DNA of 64,000 nucleotides from Octopus sinensis. Taxonomy: Eukaryota. This document shows positions 12,676-24,570 of this stretch, in pieces. The translations under genes were made by a program, and so were the position numbers. The DNA lies in assembly GCF_006345805.1 (NCBI RefSeq), contig NC_042998.1, forward strand, positions 9,796,001 through 9,860,000. Reading direction: 5' to 3'. The notes beneath the pieces were generated by a model, which saw only the letters and a list, made by a program, of their open reading frames with translations, was not told the DNA's origin and made no database searches. Each line of letters begins with the position of its first letter. Position 1 is the stretch's first letter.

Positions 12676-12734
12676 AATTATAGATCGATTTCTGGTTTAC
12701 AGATGTATAATCTCCTACCTTCATCAGTATAGTT
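12676..12734 (-). ncRNA. Candidate minimal type I hammerhead ribozyme
   Basis: Minus: aacUAUA CUGAUGA A GGU..AGAU(uauac)AUCU..ACC A GAAA UCG AUC UAUAauu; palindromic helix III AUCGAU. Confidence 0.55.
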
Positions 12735-13186
12735 TGACTAATTGTACATAATTATAAACATCTATACATACCAATACAAATATCGTGTATCCATAATTAT
12801 ACTAAAATACAATACTTCCTTTACATACATGTCTAATGTGTTTACAGTTTGTTAATCAACTCAATTCACTGAATACAAACTGGTTTTTCAAGGGCTACCT
12901 ATACAAATGTGTGTGTTTTGGTGATTTGAATAAATTTTCTTTCTATGGTCTGGTTCACTGTTGAGCAACTCCTGACTATTTGCGTTTACTGCATTATTTC
13001 AGGGAAAAGTAAATACAGCATGGTTTTGTGTAGTTGTAATTTTTACGGCATTTCATATTAGTTCTTACACCGACAGATCAACAGATACACACACACACAC
13101 AAACACACAGGCACACATGTACACAACTATATATAACACATAAATGTATGTGTGTGTGTGTGTGTGTGTGTTTGTATTTGTGTATT

Positions 13187-13475
13187 TCTTTATATATAAA
13201 AGTCAAGTTGTGTGCTGTCTGTCTCCTACGATTTAGATTCCTAACTACTCCCACATTTTGCGGTGCAGTTTAACCAAAAGCGGGTATCTTATAGTCGGGA
13301 TTCATATCGAGCCCTTCTGGGTATTAGCGCGCGTCTACGATGAGTCTACGATTTAAAAAAAATTTACCATAATTTTTTCCCATTTTTTGCTATTATATAA
13401 GAGAAGTAACTCTCTAAAAATGCTTATATAGTTATTTCCCTTACAAACCCGAGCAACACTGGGCGATACTGCTAG
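13187..13475 (+). mobile_element. Non-autonomous Helitron
   Basis: TCtttatatataaaag.. cccgagcaacactggg..CTAG|T; shares the body gtctcctacgatttagattcc with other copies. Confidence 0.85.
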
Positions 13476-13490
13476 TATATATATATATAA

Positions 13491-14003
13491 CTAGCAGTAT
13501 CGCCCGGCGTTGCTCGGGTTTGTAAGGGAAATAACTATATAAGCATTTTTAGAGAGTTACTTCCCTTATAGATGCCAATTCGGGCTTTCTTAGCCATTTC
13601 TGTTTTGGTGTCTTCAAGCCATGAAGTCGTTGTTCTAAAAGAACGCTGGTCTCCTTGACAACGCATTACGACGTTGATTTCCTTACACTCCCTTCCCCAC
13701 AGCTTCACGAGGGAGGGAAGAAGGGGGAGAAGCAAACAGGTGCAGGTGTGACCATGGACGCCAACTCCGCCGCCATCGACACACGAAAAATTATGCATTA
13801 AAATGGAATAAAAAATGATGTTAAATTATTTTTAAAATCGTAGACTCATCATAGACGCGCGCTAATACCCAGAAGGGCTCGATATGAATCACGACTATAA
13901 GATACCTGAATTTGGTTAAACTGCACCGAAAAATGTGGGAGTAGTTAGGAATCTAAATCGAAGGGGACAGACACTCACACAACTACAGTTTTATATATAT
14001 AGA
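13491..14003 (-). mobile_element. Non-autonomous Helitron, longer variant
   Basis: Same termini and body plus an extra internal segment at ~13560-13790. Confidence 0.85.
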
Positions 14004-14144
14004 TGTAGCTAGGTTAAATACCAGCAGCTGCTTCCTCTTGCAGCACTTCTGCTAAATCCATTATTACACTCTAATGTATAGTCTCAGATGCTGCTGTTCA
14101 AAATAGATATTAAAATTGAGAATTATGGAAACATAATTTGTAGA

Positions 14145-14557
14145 GTTACTCTTTTACTCTTTTACTTGTTTCAGTCATTTGACTGCGGCCATGCTGGAGC
14201 ACCACCTTTAGTCGAGCAAATCGACCCTAGGACTTATTCTTTGTAAGCCCAGTACTTATTCTATTGGTCTCTTTTGCCGAACTGCTAAGTGACGGGGACG
14301 TAAACACACCAGCATCGGTTGTCAAGCAATGCTAGGGGGACAAACATAGACACACAAACACACACACACACACACTTATATATACATATATACGACAGGC
14401 TTCTTTCAGTTTCCGTCTACCAAATCCACTCACAAGGCATTGGTCGGCCTGGGGCTATAGCAGAAGACACTTGCCCAAGATGCCACGCAGTGGGACTGAG
14501 CCCGGAACCGTGTGGTTGGTAAGCAAGCTACTTACCACACAGCCACTCCTGCGCCTA
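14145..14557 (-). mobile_element. SINE family A, full length
   Basis: Near-identical to 1551-1997. Confidence 0.9.
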
Positions 14558-14669
14558 CTGTATATCAAAACAAGAAATTGGAAGTTTTATTGTATTATTT
14601 AACCTTAAAATACATCGTGGATATTCAAAGAACCTTCTTGGTTTAGTGGTGCGGAATGTTCTTCTGGTA

Positions 14670-14975
14670 TTCTTTTATTCTTTTACCTGTTTCATTTATT
14701 TGATGGTGGCCATGCTGGAACACCGCCCTTTAGTTGAAGAAATTGACCCCTGGACTTATTACCTCTAAATCTGGTGCTTATTCTATCAGTTTCTTCTGCT
14801 GAGCAGCTAAGTTACAAGGATGCAAACAAACCAACATTGGTTGTCAAACAATGGTGGGGGTGGGGGTGTAGACAAACACACACACATAAACATATGTATG
14901 TATATATGATGGGCTTCTTTCAGTTTTTGTTTACCAAATTCACTGACAAGGCTTTGGTTGGCCCGAGGTGAAAGT
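14670..14975 (-). mobile_element. SINE family A, old degenerate copy
   Basis: ggccatgctggaacaccgcc..ctaagttacaaggatgcaaacaaacc..caaattcactgacaagg. Confidence 0.7.
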
Positions 14976-15139
14976 AGAAGATACTCTTTAAAATATAGAG
15001 CTGAATTTTGTGTAGCCACCTGTTGGCAACTTTTCTCCTCCACCCATTTTGTCAGTGCTGGATTAACCATTAAGCAAAATAAGCACGTGCTTAGGGCATC
15101 AAGGGAAGTAGGGAGCACTATAGAAATGGTAAATAGTGT

Positions 15140-16368
15140 ACAGCACAAAAGAAATCACTTTAAATGTTGTTTACCTGGACTTTGCTAAGGCTTTTAACTC
15201 TGTGCCACACAAAAGACTTATGGTGAAGCTTTCTGCGTTGAGTGTAAGAGACGAACTCTATAACTGGTTAAAGTCCTTTATTTTCGGCCGAAAAGAGGTT
15301 GTCACAGTTCTAGGACAGCACTCTTCGCCCTATGAGATGACATCTGGTGTGCCGCAGGGATCTGTTCTTGGCCCCCTCTTATTTGTTGCATATGTTAATG
15401 ACATAGATGCCAACTTAAAGAATGCCACAGTGCTGAAATGTGCAGATGACATCAAGCTGTACCTCGAAATAAAGAGGTCAAATCCTGTACACTATGGATC
15501 TCTATTGCAAGCAGACCTGGACACAATGCAGCAGTGGATCATGGACTGGCAACTCAAGCTGGCTGTGGACAAATGTACCACCATGCATTTTGGGAGGAGA
15601 AACCCAGCGTCCACCTACTCCCTCCACAATACTAGTCTCAAAAAGTCTTCAAGTGAACATGACCTGGGTGTTATTGTCGACAGTGATTTGCGTTGGACAA
15701 AACACATCGCTAAAATTGTCAAGAAGCTGAGGGTGTCTTGGCATCACTCACCAAATCCTTTGTGAGCCACTCTCCGGCTATCTATCTGCGGCTTTATATA
15801 GCTATGGTAAGACCTCACCTGGAATTTGCATCACCGGTCTGTAACCCCCATCTTGCCCAGGACATCAATCGTCTGGAAGCTGTTCAGCGACGTGCAACCA
15901 AAAGAATACCCTCCATCAGGCATTTGCCATATCCTGAACGCCTTACTTCCCTGGGCATGGACACATTGAAACTCCGACGTCTGGCAGCTGACCTGGCAGA
16001 CACCCATAAAATTATCAACCATCGCACAAACAATAACTCTGAGTACCTCTTCAAACTCCACCCATCTAACACCCGTGGACATATTTACAAAGTAAGAAAA
16101 CAGCACAGCTCCCATGACTTCAGGAAGCATTTTTCACGCTGAGAGTTGCTGAAGCGTGGAACAAACTGCCGGCATCGGTTGTTAGTTGTCGGAGCACTGC
16201 ATCCTTCAAAACTTCCATGCTTCCTGAGATTCGCCAACACTACACTTGATACACACACAAGCATGTTCACTTTCCAGACATTTTTACATTACTGCATGTA
16301 CTTTATATGCACTTTCTGACAAGTTGTGGTGCACCTGAGCACTGTATACAATAATTTCATTATTATAT
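15140..16368 (+). mobile_element. CR1-type LINE, 5'-truncated and frameshifted
   Basis: YLDFAKAFNSVPH, GVPQGSVLGP and (C)ADD RT motifs; frameshift near 15725; 3' UTR and tail. Confidence 0.93.
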
Positions 16369-16767
16369 TAAACTTGCTAAAAGAATATTCGGGATGCCTT
16401 TATCTCTACTAAGTATAGATGCAGATGTGTTACCTAAGATTAATTTTGAAGATCTCATCAAAGACTTTGCTATTCAAGAAAGTAGGAGGAAACTTTTCAA
16501 ATATAAATAAAGTGGAAATATACAAAAATAAACATTATTTTCCCCTGTTACTGTTTTGTTTCATTTTGAAAAATAAAAATTTATTTTATTGCTTGTTATT
16601 GTTTATATTTTGAATTACGTAATCTTTTATGGAGGCATAAATATCTTTTAAGTGCTTCGGACTTCAATGGGTCTTAATCCGACCCTGCATTTTGTAGGGT
16701 GTATTACCCAATTTTCTGGGCCCTTTTCACAGCTGTACCCCATTCGAAATTTGCATATATATATATC

Positions 16768-16920
16768 CGCAAGTGTAGCTGTGTGGAAAGAACCTTACTT
16801 CCTAACCACATGGTTCTGGGTTCAGCCCCACCTTAGGCAAATGACTTCTACTATAGCTTCAGGTTGACCAAATCCTTTTGAGTGCATTTGGTAGATGGAA
16901 ACTGGAAGAAGCTTGTCGTA

Positions 16921-16951
<31 letters not shown>

Positions 16952-17075
16952 GTATATATAAAAACCTGTGTGTGTGCGTGCCTGTGCATGTATGTATCTT
17001 TCTGCCTGTATTTTCCCCCCACCCCCAACCGGTGTTGGTTGTTTACGTCCCCATGGCTTCATGGTTCAATAAAAA
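16768..17075 (+). mobile_element. SINE family A, degenerate partial copy
   Basis: gtagctgtgtgg..ggttcagcccca..gcaaatgacttctactatagc..(TA)n. Confidence 0.65.
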
Positions 17076-17815
17076 AGACTCGTATTTTTTAAAGAGGGAT
17101 TTTCTTGTCTAGTTAACTGAAAAACTTATTCTGAATATTGTTCGAGGAAGATAAATAAATGGTTGGAATTTTGGTAAAATTACTTGTAAATAGTTATCCA
17201 ACATAAAATGGTTGTTATTGATTGATATTATTTGTTGCTGATTACCAACCAATTAACCAAATTTTATTAATTTATTTTGAATTATTATATAGATTTATTT
17301 ATTCAGGTTGTCAGTTGCCGATGGGAGATTTGTAGAGAAATAGTTCAACATCAGTTCTTATTTTCGGATAGTAAAATTAAACTAGATAAGATTTGAACTT
17401 AGAATCAAGGGATATTGAGTAATTGCAATTTGGGGCTTACTTTAAGGCTTTATTTCAGTGACAATCTTCTCACCAGAAGATTGAAGGACAAATTTGAATG
17501 CATTTCTAATAGAATTACGTCCCTGGATAGAGTGCAAGGGAGGTAACTTCAAGGTGTAATTTTCCATTATGTCAAAAATACAGAAAATACAGGCTGCGGC
17601 AGAAAGACTGCCCTAGTTTCAAAGGTTAATAAAAATTAAACACATTAAGATGCATGAAGAAACTTTAAAGTTTTATAAATTTCATTAAATGCCATTTTGT
17701 TTTCTTTTTCAGGTAGTACCTATCCTAGCCTGGAGTGGAGAGCATTTAATGTACTTCATAGAAATACAAAGTTTTTTCTTTATCTTCATGTGTTTGTTTT
17801 TTATTAACCTTTGAA

Positions 17816-18073
17816 ATAATAATATTGAAATTATTGTATACAGTGCTCAGGTACACCACAACTTGTCAAAAGTGCGTATAAAGCATATGCAGTAATATAC
17901 AAATGTCTGGGGAGTGAACAGTGTATGAGTCAGATACGTGCTTGCGTGTGTATGGAGGGGAGAAAATCAGGTGTAGTGTTGGCGAATCTCAGGAAGCATG
18001 GAAGTTTTGAAGGATGCAGTGCTCCGACAACTAACAACTGATGCTGGCAGTTTGTTCCATACTTCAGCAACTC
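17816..18073 (-). mobile_element. CR1-type LINE short 3' fragment, head-to-head with the next copy
   Basis: Revcomp of the last ~260 nt of the family, including the tail; 3' UTR variant resembles the copy at 35695. Confidence 0.88.
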
Positions 18074-18118
18074 GGGTAACCTTTCTGCCACGCCCTGTAT
18101 AATTAATATTGGAAAGAC

Positions 18119-19729
18119 TTGGTGCCGGGTGTTACATACCTACTTCTCAAACGCGGTGGGTACTTTCTTCTAAGTCAACTTTCTCTATTCTTCCAATTCT
18201 GTCTTCACAATGGTGTTACTCCAGAACAGGGGAAAACTGCCAGTGTCATCCCTCTGTTCAAAAAAGGCGACCGCACATCGCCTGTCAACTATCGCCCCGT
18301 CAGTCTTACTAGCTGCATCGCCAAACTGATGGAATCCTGTATCAGAGAAACCCTCTGGAACTTCTGGAAGTCTCACAGCCACATCCAGCCCTCACAATTC
18401 GGATTTATTCCTAACTCCAGCTGCTGTAATCAACTCATCAAGTTTCTTGAGGACGTTACCCAAATCACTGATCGCGGATCCTGGGTGGATGTTGTTTACC
18501 TGGACTTTGCTAAGGCTTTTAACTCTGTGCCACACAAAAGACTTATGGTGAAGCTTTCTGCGTTGGGTGTAAGAGACGAACTCTATAACTGGTTGAAGTC
18601 CTTTATTTTCAGCCGAAAAGAGGTTGTCACAGTTCTAGGACAGCACTCTTCGCCCTATGAGATGACATCTGGTGTACCACAGGGATCTGTTCTTGGCCCC
18701 CTTTTATTTGTTGCATATGTTAATGACATAGATGCCAACTTAAAGAATTCCACAGTGCTGAAATATGCAGATGACATCAAGCTGTACCTCGAAATAAAGA
18801 GGTCAAATCCTGTACACTATAGATCTCTATTGCAAGCAGACCTGGACACAATGCAGCAGTGGATCATGGACTGGCAACTCAAGTTGGCTGTGGACAAATG
18901 TACCACCATGCATTTTGGGAGGAGAAACCCAGCATCCACCTACTCTCTCCACAACACTAGTCTCAAAAAGTCTTCATGTGAACGTGACCTGGGTGTTATT
19001 GTCGACAGTGATTTGCGTTGGACAAAACACATCGCTAAAATTGCCAAGAAGGCTGAGGGTGTCTTGGCATCACTCACCAAATCCTTTGTGAGCCGCTCTC
19101 CGGCTATCTATCTGCGGCTTTATATAGCTATGGTAAGACCTCACCTGGAATTTGCATCACCGGTCTGGAACCCCTATCTTGCCCAGGATATCAATCGTCT
19201 GGAAGCTGTTCAGCGACGTGCAACCAAAAGAATACCCTCCATCAGGCATTTGCCATATCCTGAATGCCTTACTTCCCTGGGCATGGACACATTGAAACTC
19301 CGACGTCTGGCAGCTGACTTGGCAGACACCCATAAAATTATCAACCATCGTACAAACAATAACTCTGAGCACCTTTTCAAACTCCACCCATCTAACACCC
19401 ATGGACATATTTACAAAGTAAGAAAACAGCACAGCTCCCATGACTTCAGGAAACATTTTTTCACGCTGAGAGTTGCTGAAGCATGGAACAAACTGCCGGC
19501 ATCAGTTGTTAGTTGTCAGAGCACTGCATCCTTCAAAACTTCCATGCTTCCTGAGATTCGCCAACACTACACTTGATTTTCTCCCCTCCATACACACACA
19601 AGCATGTATCTGACTCATACATTGTTCGCTTTCCAAACATTTCTACATTACTGCATGTACTTTATATGCACTTTCTGACAAGTTCTGGTGCACCTGAGCA
19701 CTGTATACAATAATTTCATTATTATTATT
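18119..19729 (+). mobile_element. CR1-type LINE, 5'-truncated; 485-codon open RT frame (18119..19576)
   Basis: YRPVSLTS, QFGF, LDFAKAF, GVPQGSVLGP, YADD; 3' UTR hairpin gtgcacctgagcac; (ATT)n tail. Confidence 0.95.
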
Positions 19730-19732
19730 TTA

Positions 19733-19930
19733 AAATCGTTAGCACTCCGGGCAAAATGCTTTGCAGTATTTCTTACGTCTTTATTTTCTGAGTTCAAATT
19801 CCGCCAAAGTTTACTTTGTCTTTCATCTTTTGGGGTCAATAGAATACGTACCAGTTGATTATTGGGGATTGATGTAACTAACTTTTCCCTCCCTGAATTT
19901 ACTGACCTTGTGCCAAAATTTGGAATCAAT
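19733..19930 (+). mobile_element. SINE family C, diverged with truncated head
   Basis: atcgttagcactccgggcaaaatgc..ctgagttcaaattccgcc. Confidence 0.7.
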
Positions 19931-20421
19931 ATTGGCAATATTGGTTAAAGGGTCTGTTTTATAGAAATAATAATAATAATAAAAAGAGGTGGTGATAGTG
20001 TACCTTTTCATTGGATTTTTTCGTAGAACTAATTTTTGAATATCCTGAAACCTCTTTATTCAGATTTACAAAACATTACTTTGTTGCTCACTTTTTGCTC
20101 ATTGTAAAATTTTTTTTTCTCCATCCATTTGCTTCCATTAGAAATTTGTCATCATACATATTTTTTTTTTTGTACCTGTTTCGAATTTAGTAAAATGTTT
20201 AAATATTTATAAAAAAAACGTTGGCAATGTTCCAATAGGCACAGGTGTGGCAAGATTATAACAGGAGATGGATATAAAGTAAAGAAAGAGCAAGAATGAG
20301 AGAGAGGGGGAGAGAACAAATGAGAGAGGGAGAAAGAAAGAGAAATAGAGAGAAAGAGAGATTATGATTGGCCATATCATAAGTATATAAAAAAGTTTTT
20401 ATATTTTATTGACTATATATA

Positions 20422-21394
20422 ATGCGTAAGCTCGCTAGAAATGAAGCCAGTATGCTCCGATGGATGTGTAATGCCGGTACTCACACTCGGCAGAGTGTAA
20501 GTACCTTGAGAGAAAAGCTGGACCTAAGAAGCATCAGTTGTGGTGTGCAAGAGAGACGTTTGCGCTGGTATGGTCATGTGGCGAGAATGGATGAAGATAG
20601 TTGTGTGAAAAAGTGCCACACCCTAGCGGTTGAGGGAACCTGTGGAAGAGGCAGACCCAGGAAAACCTGGGACGAGGTGGTGAAGCACGACCTTCGAACT
20701 TTAGGTCTCACTGAGGAAATGACTAGAGACCGAGACCTCTGGAAGTGTGCTGTGTGCGAGAAGACCCGGCAGGACAAGTGAGTCCATAACCCGTGGCCTT
20801 CTACATGGGATGGAGCCAGCCTACGTATGCATACCTTCCCTTCTTGGGACACAAAACTCTACTTGTGAAGACGTGATGAGGCAGTGAGGATCAGAATCGA
20901 AATCGATCAATGGAAATGCGGATGTGCTACCAGTGCTGGTGGCATGTCAAAACTCTGCTTGTGAAGACCCGTTGAGGCAAGTGACGATCAGAATCGAAAT
21001 CGATCAATGGAAATCGATCAATGGAAATTTCAGATGTGTTACCAGTTCCGGTGGCATGTAAGAGAACTTTCCGTTTCGCGACCGTTGCCAGCACCGCCCC
21101 GTTTCGTGTCCGTTGCCAGCCTCGCCTGGCCCTCGTGCCGGTGGCACATAAAAAGCACCATCCGTTCGTGGCCGTTTGCCAGCTCTGTCTGGCACCAGTG
21201 CGGGTGGCACGTAAAAAGCACCCACTACACTCACGGAGTGGTTGGCGTTAGGAAGGGCATCCAGCCGTAGAAACACTGCCAGATTTGACTGGGCCTGATG
21301 AAGCCTTCTGGCTTCACAGACCCCAGTAGAACCGTCCAACCCATGCTAGCATGGAAAACGGACGCTAAACGATGATGATGATGATGATGATGAT
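20422..21394 (+). mobile_element. RTE-clade LINE, 5'-truncated, with ~610-nt structured 3' UTR and (GAT)n tail
   Basis: ORF 20422..20781: EASMLRWMC..RRLRWYGHVARM..GRGRPRKTW..DL..RDRDLW, a typical RTE C-terminus. Confidence 0.92.
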
Positions 21395-21396
21395 AT

Positions 21397-21808
21397 AAGG
21401 CGTAGGAGTGGCTGTGTGGTAAGTAGTTTGCTTACGAACCACATGGTTCCGGGTTCAGTCCCATTGCATGGAACCTTGGGCAAGTGTCTTCTACTATGGC
21501 CTCGGGCTGACCAAAGCCTTATGAGTGGATTTGGTAGACGGAAACTGAAAGAAGCCCGTCGTATATATGTATGTGTGTGTATATGTTTGTGTGTCTGTGT
21601 TTGTTCCCCCAACATTACTTGACAACCGATGCTGGTGTGTTTACGTCCCCATAACTTAGCAGTTTGGCAAAAGACACCGATATAATAAGTACTAGGCTTA
21701 CAAAGACTAAGTCCTGGGTCGATTTGCTTAACTAAAGGCGGTGCTCCAGCATGGCTGCAGTCAAATGACTGAAACAAGTAAAAGAGTGAAAGAGTAAAAA
21801 GAGAGAGT
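21397..21808 (+). mobile_element. SINE family A inserted at the RTE tail
   Basis: Full head-body-tail. Confidence 0.88.
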
Positions 21809-22057
21809 ATATAAAAAGGAAAATATCTATAATTTTTATTAGTTTGTCAGAGAAGGCAGGGTCCTGCCCATAACCTTTGTACACTGTCTCACATTTGTGA
21901 AAACAATGCAGTAGTTGACCAGCCTGAATATCTGCAGAATGCTAAAACTTTGTTTCAATGCTTGTAATGGGTGACTTCTGTTAAAGAAGGCAGGGTGATA
22001 TGCCTACCATTCAATAACATTAGTACACGTGATTCAACAAACAAAGAATATGAATTC

Positions 22058-22485
22058 TTCCAAAATACCTATTTCTTTACTACCCGCAAGGGGCCAAACA
22101 CAGAGAGGACAAACAAGGACAGACAAACGGATTAAGTCGATTATATCGACCCCAGTGCGTAACTGGTACTTATTTAATCAAACCCGAAAGGATGAAAGGC
22201 AAAGTCGACCTCGGCGGAATTTGAACTCAGAATGTAACGGCAGACGAAATACTTATTTCTTTACTACCCATAAGAGGCTAAACACAGAGGGGACAAACAA
22301 GGACAGACAAACGGATTAAGTCGATTATATCGACCCCAGTGCGTAACTGGTACTTATTTAATCAAACATGAAAGGATGAAAGGCAAAGTCGACCTCGGCA
22401 GAATTTGAACTCAGAACGTAACGGCAGACAAAATACGGCTACACATTTCGCCCGGCGTGCTAACGTTTCTGCCAGCTCGCCGCCT
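22058..22485 (-). mobile_element. SINE family C, full copy plus tandem headless duplicate
   Basis: Block tatttctttactaccc..aaatac occurs at 22060 and again at 22253; only one head (22440-22485). Confidence 0.85.
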
Positions 22486-22862
22486 TTATTCTTCCAAAAT
22501 ACCATTAATATTTCAGCATGCTTTCTCAAATCAAATATCTTGTATAATATATACAATGAGAAAGCTCTGAAATACTATCACCATATATAACAATGATTAA
22601 GTTAGTGCTAACATATTTAATGCAAGGTGGGGATGAAAAGCTAACAGTAAATAAAGATATCATGAGAGATAAAATGATTGAAATTATTAAAGGGAATTAT
22701 CTAGAGAATAAATAACTCAGAAATATCATCCACTTGAAAAAAATAAAAAGCAATATTAGTTAAATTATCTTTTATTGCTCCCTGTATTAACTATGTTACC
22801 ACTATTTTCTAAAGGAAAAAATAAAGAGCAGAAGTATGATATTGGCCAGTTTAGAAATTGAG

Positions 22863-23092
22863 GTGGCGAGCTGGCAGAAATGTTAGCACGCCGGACGAAA
22901 TGCTTAGCAGTATTTCATCTGTGGCTACGTTCTGAGTTCAAATTCCACCGAGGTCGACTTTGCCTTTCATCCTTTCAGGGTCGATTAAATAAGTACCAAT
23001 TACACACTGGGGTCGATGTTATCGGCTTAATCCTTTTGTCTGTCCTTGTTTGTCCCCTCTGTGTTTAGCCCCTTGTGGACAATAAAGAAATA
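22863..23092 (+). mobile_element. SINE family C with 10-bp TSD (agaaattgag)
   Basis: TSD at 22853-22862 and 23093-23102. Confidence 0.88.
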
Positions 23093-23376
23093 AGAAATTG
23101 AGAGACTAACATATCTATGGAGAAAGATAGTAAAAGGTAGTATGGAATGCATGCTTTGGTAAATGGGTGCATGAATGTCTGGAATGAACAGATTTGAAAT
23201 GTAAAAGAATACAAACTAAAATTATTGTAGAGTTTTAAGTTGTTTGCAAAGGGTTTTTTTTTTATTTGTAGTCTACATCTACAGATGAACGAGAATTTTG
23301 TGCTAAGCCTTGGAGATACTGAGAAGAATTTTACACCTATTGTATTTATAGGATATTTGTAAAAAAATTTACCATA

Positions 23377-23796
23377 TAGGCGCAGGAGTGGCTGTGTGGT
23401 AAGTAGCTTGCTTACCAACCACATGGTTCCGGGTTCAGTCCCACTGCGTGGCACCTTGGGCAAGTGTCTTCTGCTATAGCCCCGGGCCGACCAATGCCTT
23501 GTGAGTGGATTTGGTAGACGGAAACTGAAAGAAGCCTGTCGTATATATGTATATATGTATGTGTGTGCGTGTATGTTTGTGTGTCTGTGTTTGTCCCCCT
23601 AGCATTGCTTGACAACTGATGCTGGTGTGTTTACGTCCCCGTCACTTAGCGGTTCGGCAAAAGAGACCGATAGAATAAGTACTGGGCTTACAAAGAATAA
23701 GTCCCGGGGTCGAGTTGCTCGACTAAAGGCGGTGCTCCAGCATGGCCGCAGTCAAATGACTTAAACAAGAAAAAGAGTAAAAAAGAGAAAGAGAGT
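23377..23796 (+). mobile_element. SINE family A with 30-32-bp TSD
   Basis: tataggatatttgtaaaaaaatttaccatata at 23347-23378 and 23796-23827. Confidence 0.92.
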
Positions 23797-24195
23797 ATAG
23801 GATATTTGTAAAAAAATTTACCATATACACAACATATTTATCATATACCTTTTCAATTGCTAACATAAACATAAATAACAGCAGCTATAAATAACACTTG
23901 CATAGAAGCAGTCATATGCAAACAACACACGTAGTAACATGAGCATGACAACACATTAAAGTAATACATATATAACAATATATAAATATCCTTCTGCAAC
24001 TAGTACAAGGCCAAACATTTTGAGCGAGGTGGGTGGTTAATCAAATACATTGACCCCAGTGCTTGGCTGGTACTTATGTTATTGACCTCAAAAGAATGAT
24101 AACAAACTTTATCTTGGCAGAATTTGAACTTAAGACACAAAACTGTATTTGAACTGTCACACTGTCCAACCCATGCCTGTATAGAAAAGGGATAC

Positions 24196-24411
24196 TCTTT
24201 TTGCTCTTTTACTTGTTTCAGTCATTTGATTGCGGCCATGCTGGAGCACCGCCTTTATACTCGAGCAAATTGACCCTAGAGCTTTTTCTTTGTAAGCCTA
24301 GTATTTATTCTATCGATGTCTTTTGAGGGCCGCTAAGTTACAGGGATGTAAACACACCAGCTGGGGAGGGGACAAACAGACACAAACATATACACAGACG
24401 TATACATATAC

Positions 24412-24420
<9 letters not shown>
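24196..24420 (-). mobile_element. SINE family A, 3' half
   Basis: tactctttt..cttgtttcagtcatttgattgcggccatgctggagcaccgcc. Confidence 0.8.
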
Positions 24421-24480
<60 letters not shown>

Positions 24481-24570
24481 TCATATCGTCATCATCATCA
24501 TCGTTTAGCATCCGCTTTATGATGATGATGATGATGATATGATGATATATATATATATATATATATATAT

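Noticed and set aside
17300-17790. Possible host exons (acceptors near 17308, 17458 and 17712; donor near 17543)
   Set aside because: The short frames resemble no protein I recognise and the phases of 17459-17542 and 17713 are incompatible (immediate stop); RNA-seq is needed.
21290-21320. ctgatgaagcc-ttct-ggcttc as a hammerhead core
   Set aside because: No GAAA follows the hairpin, and other copies read ctggtgcagcc.
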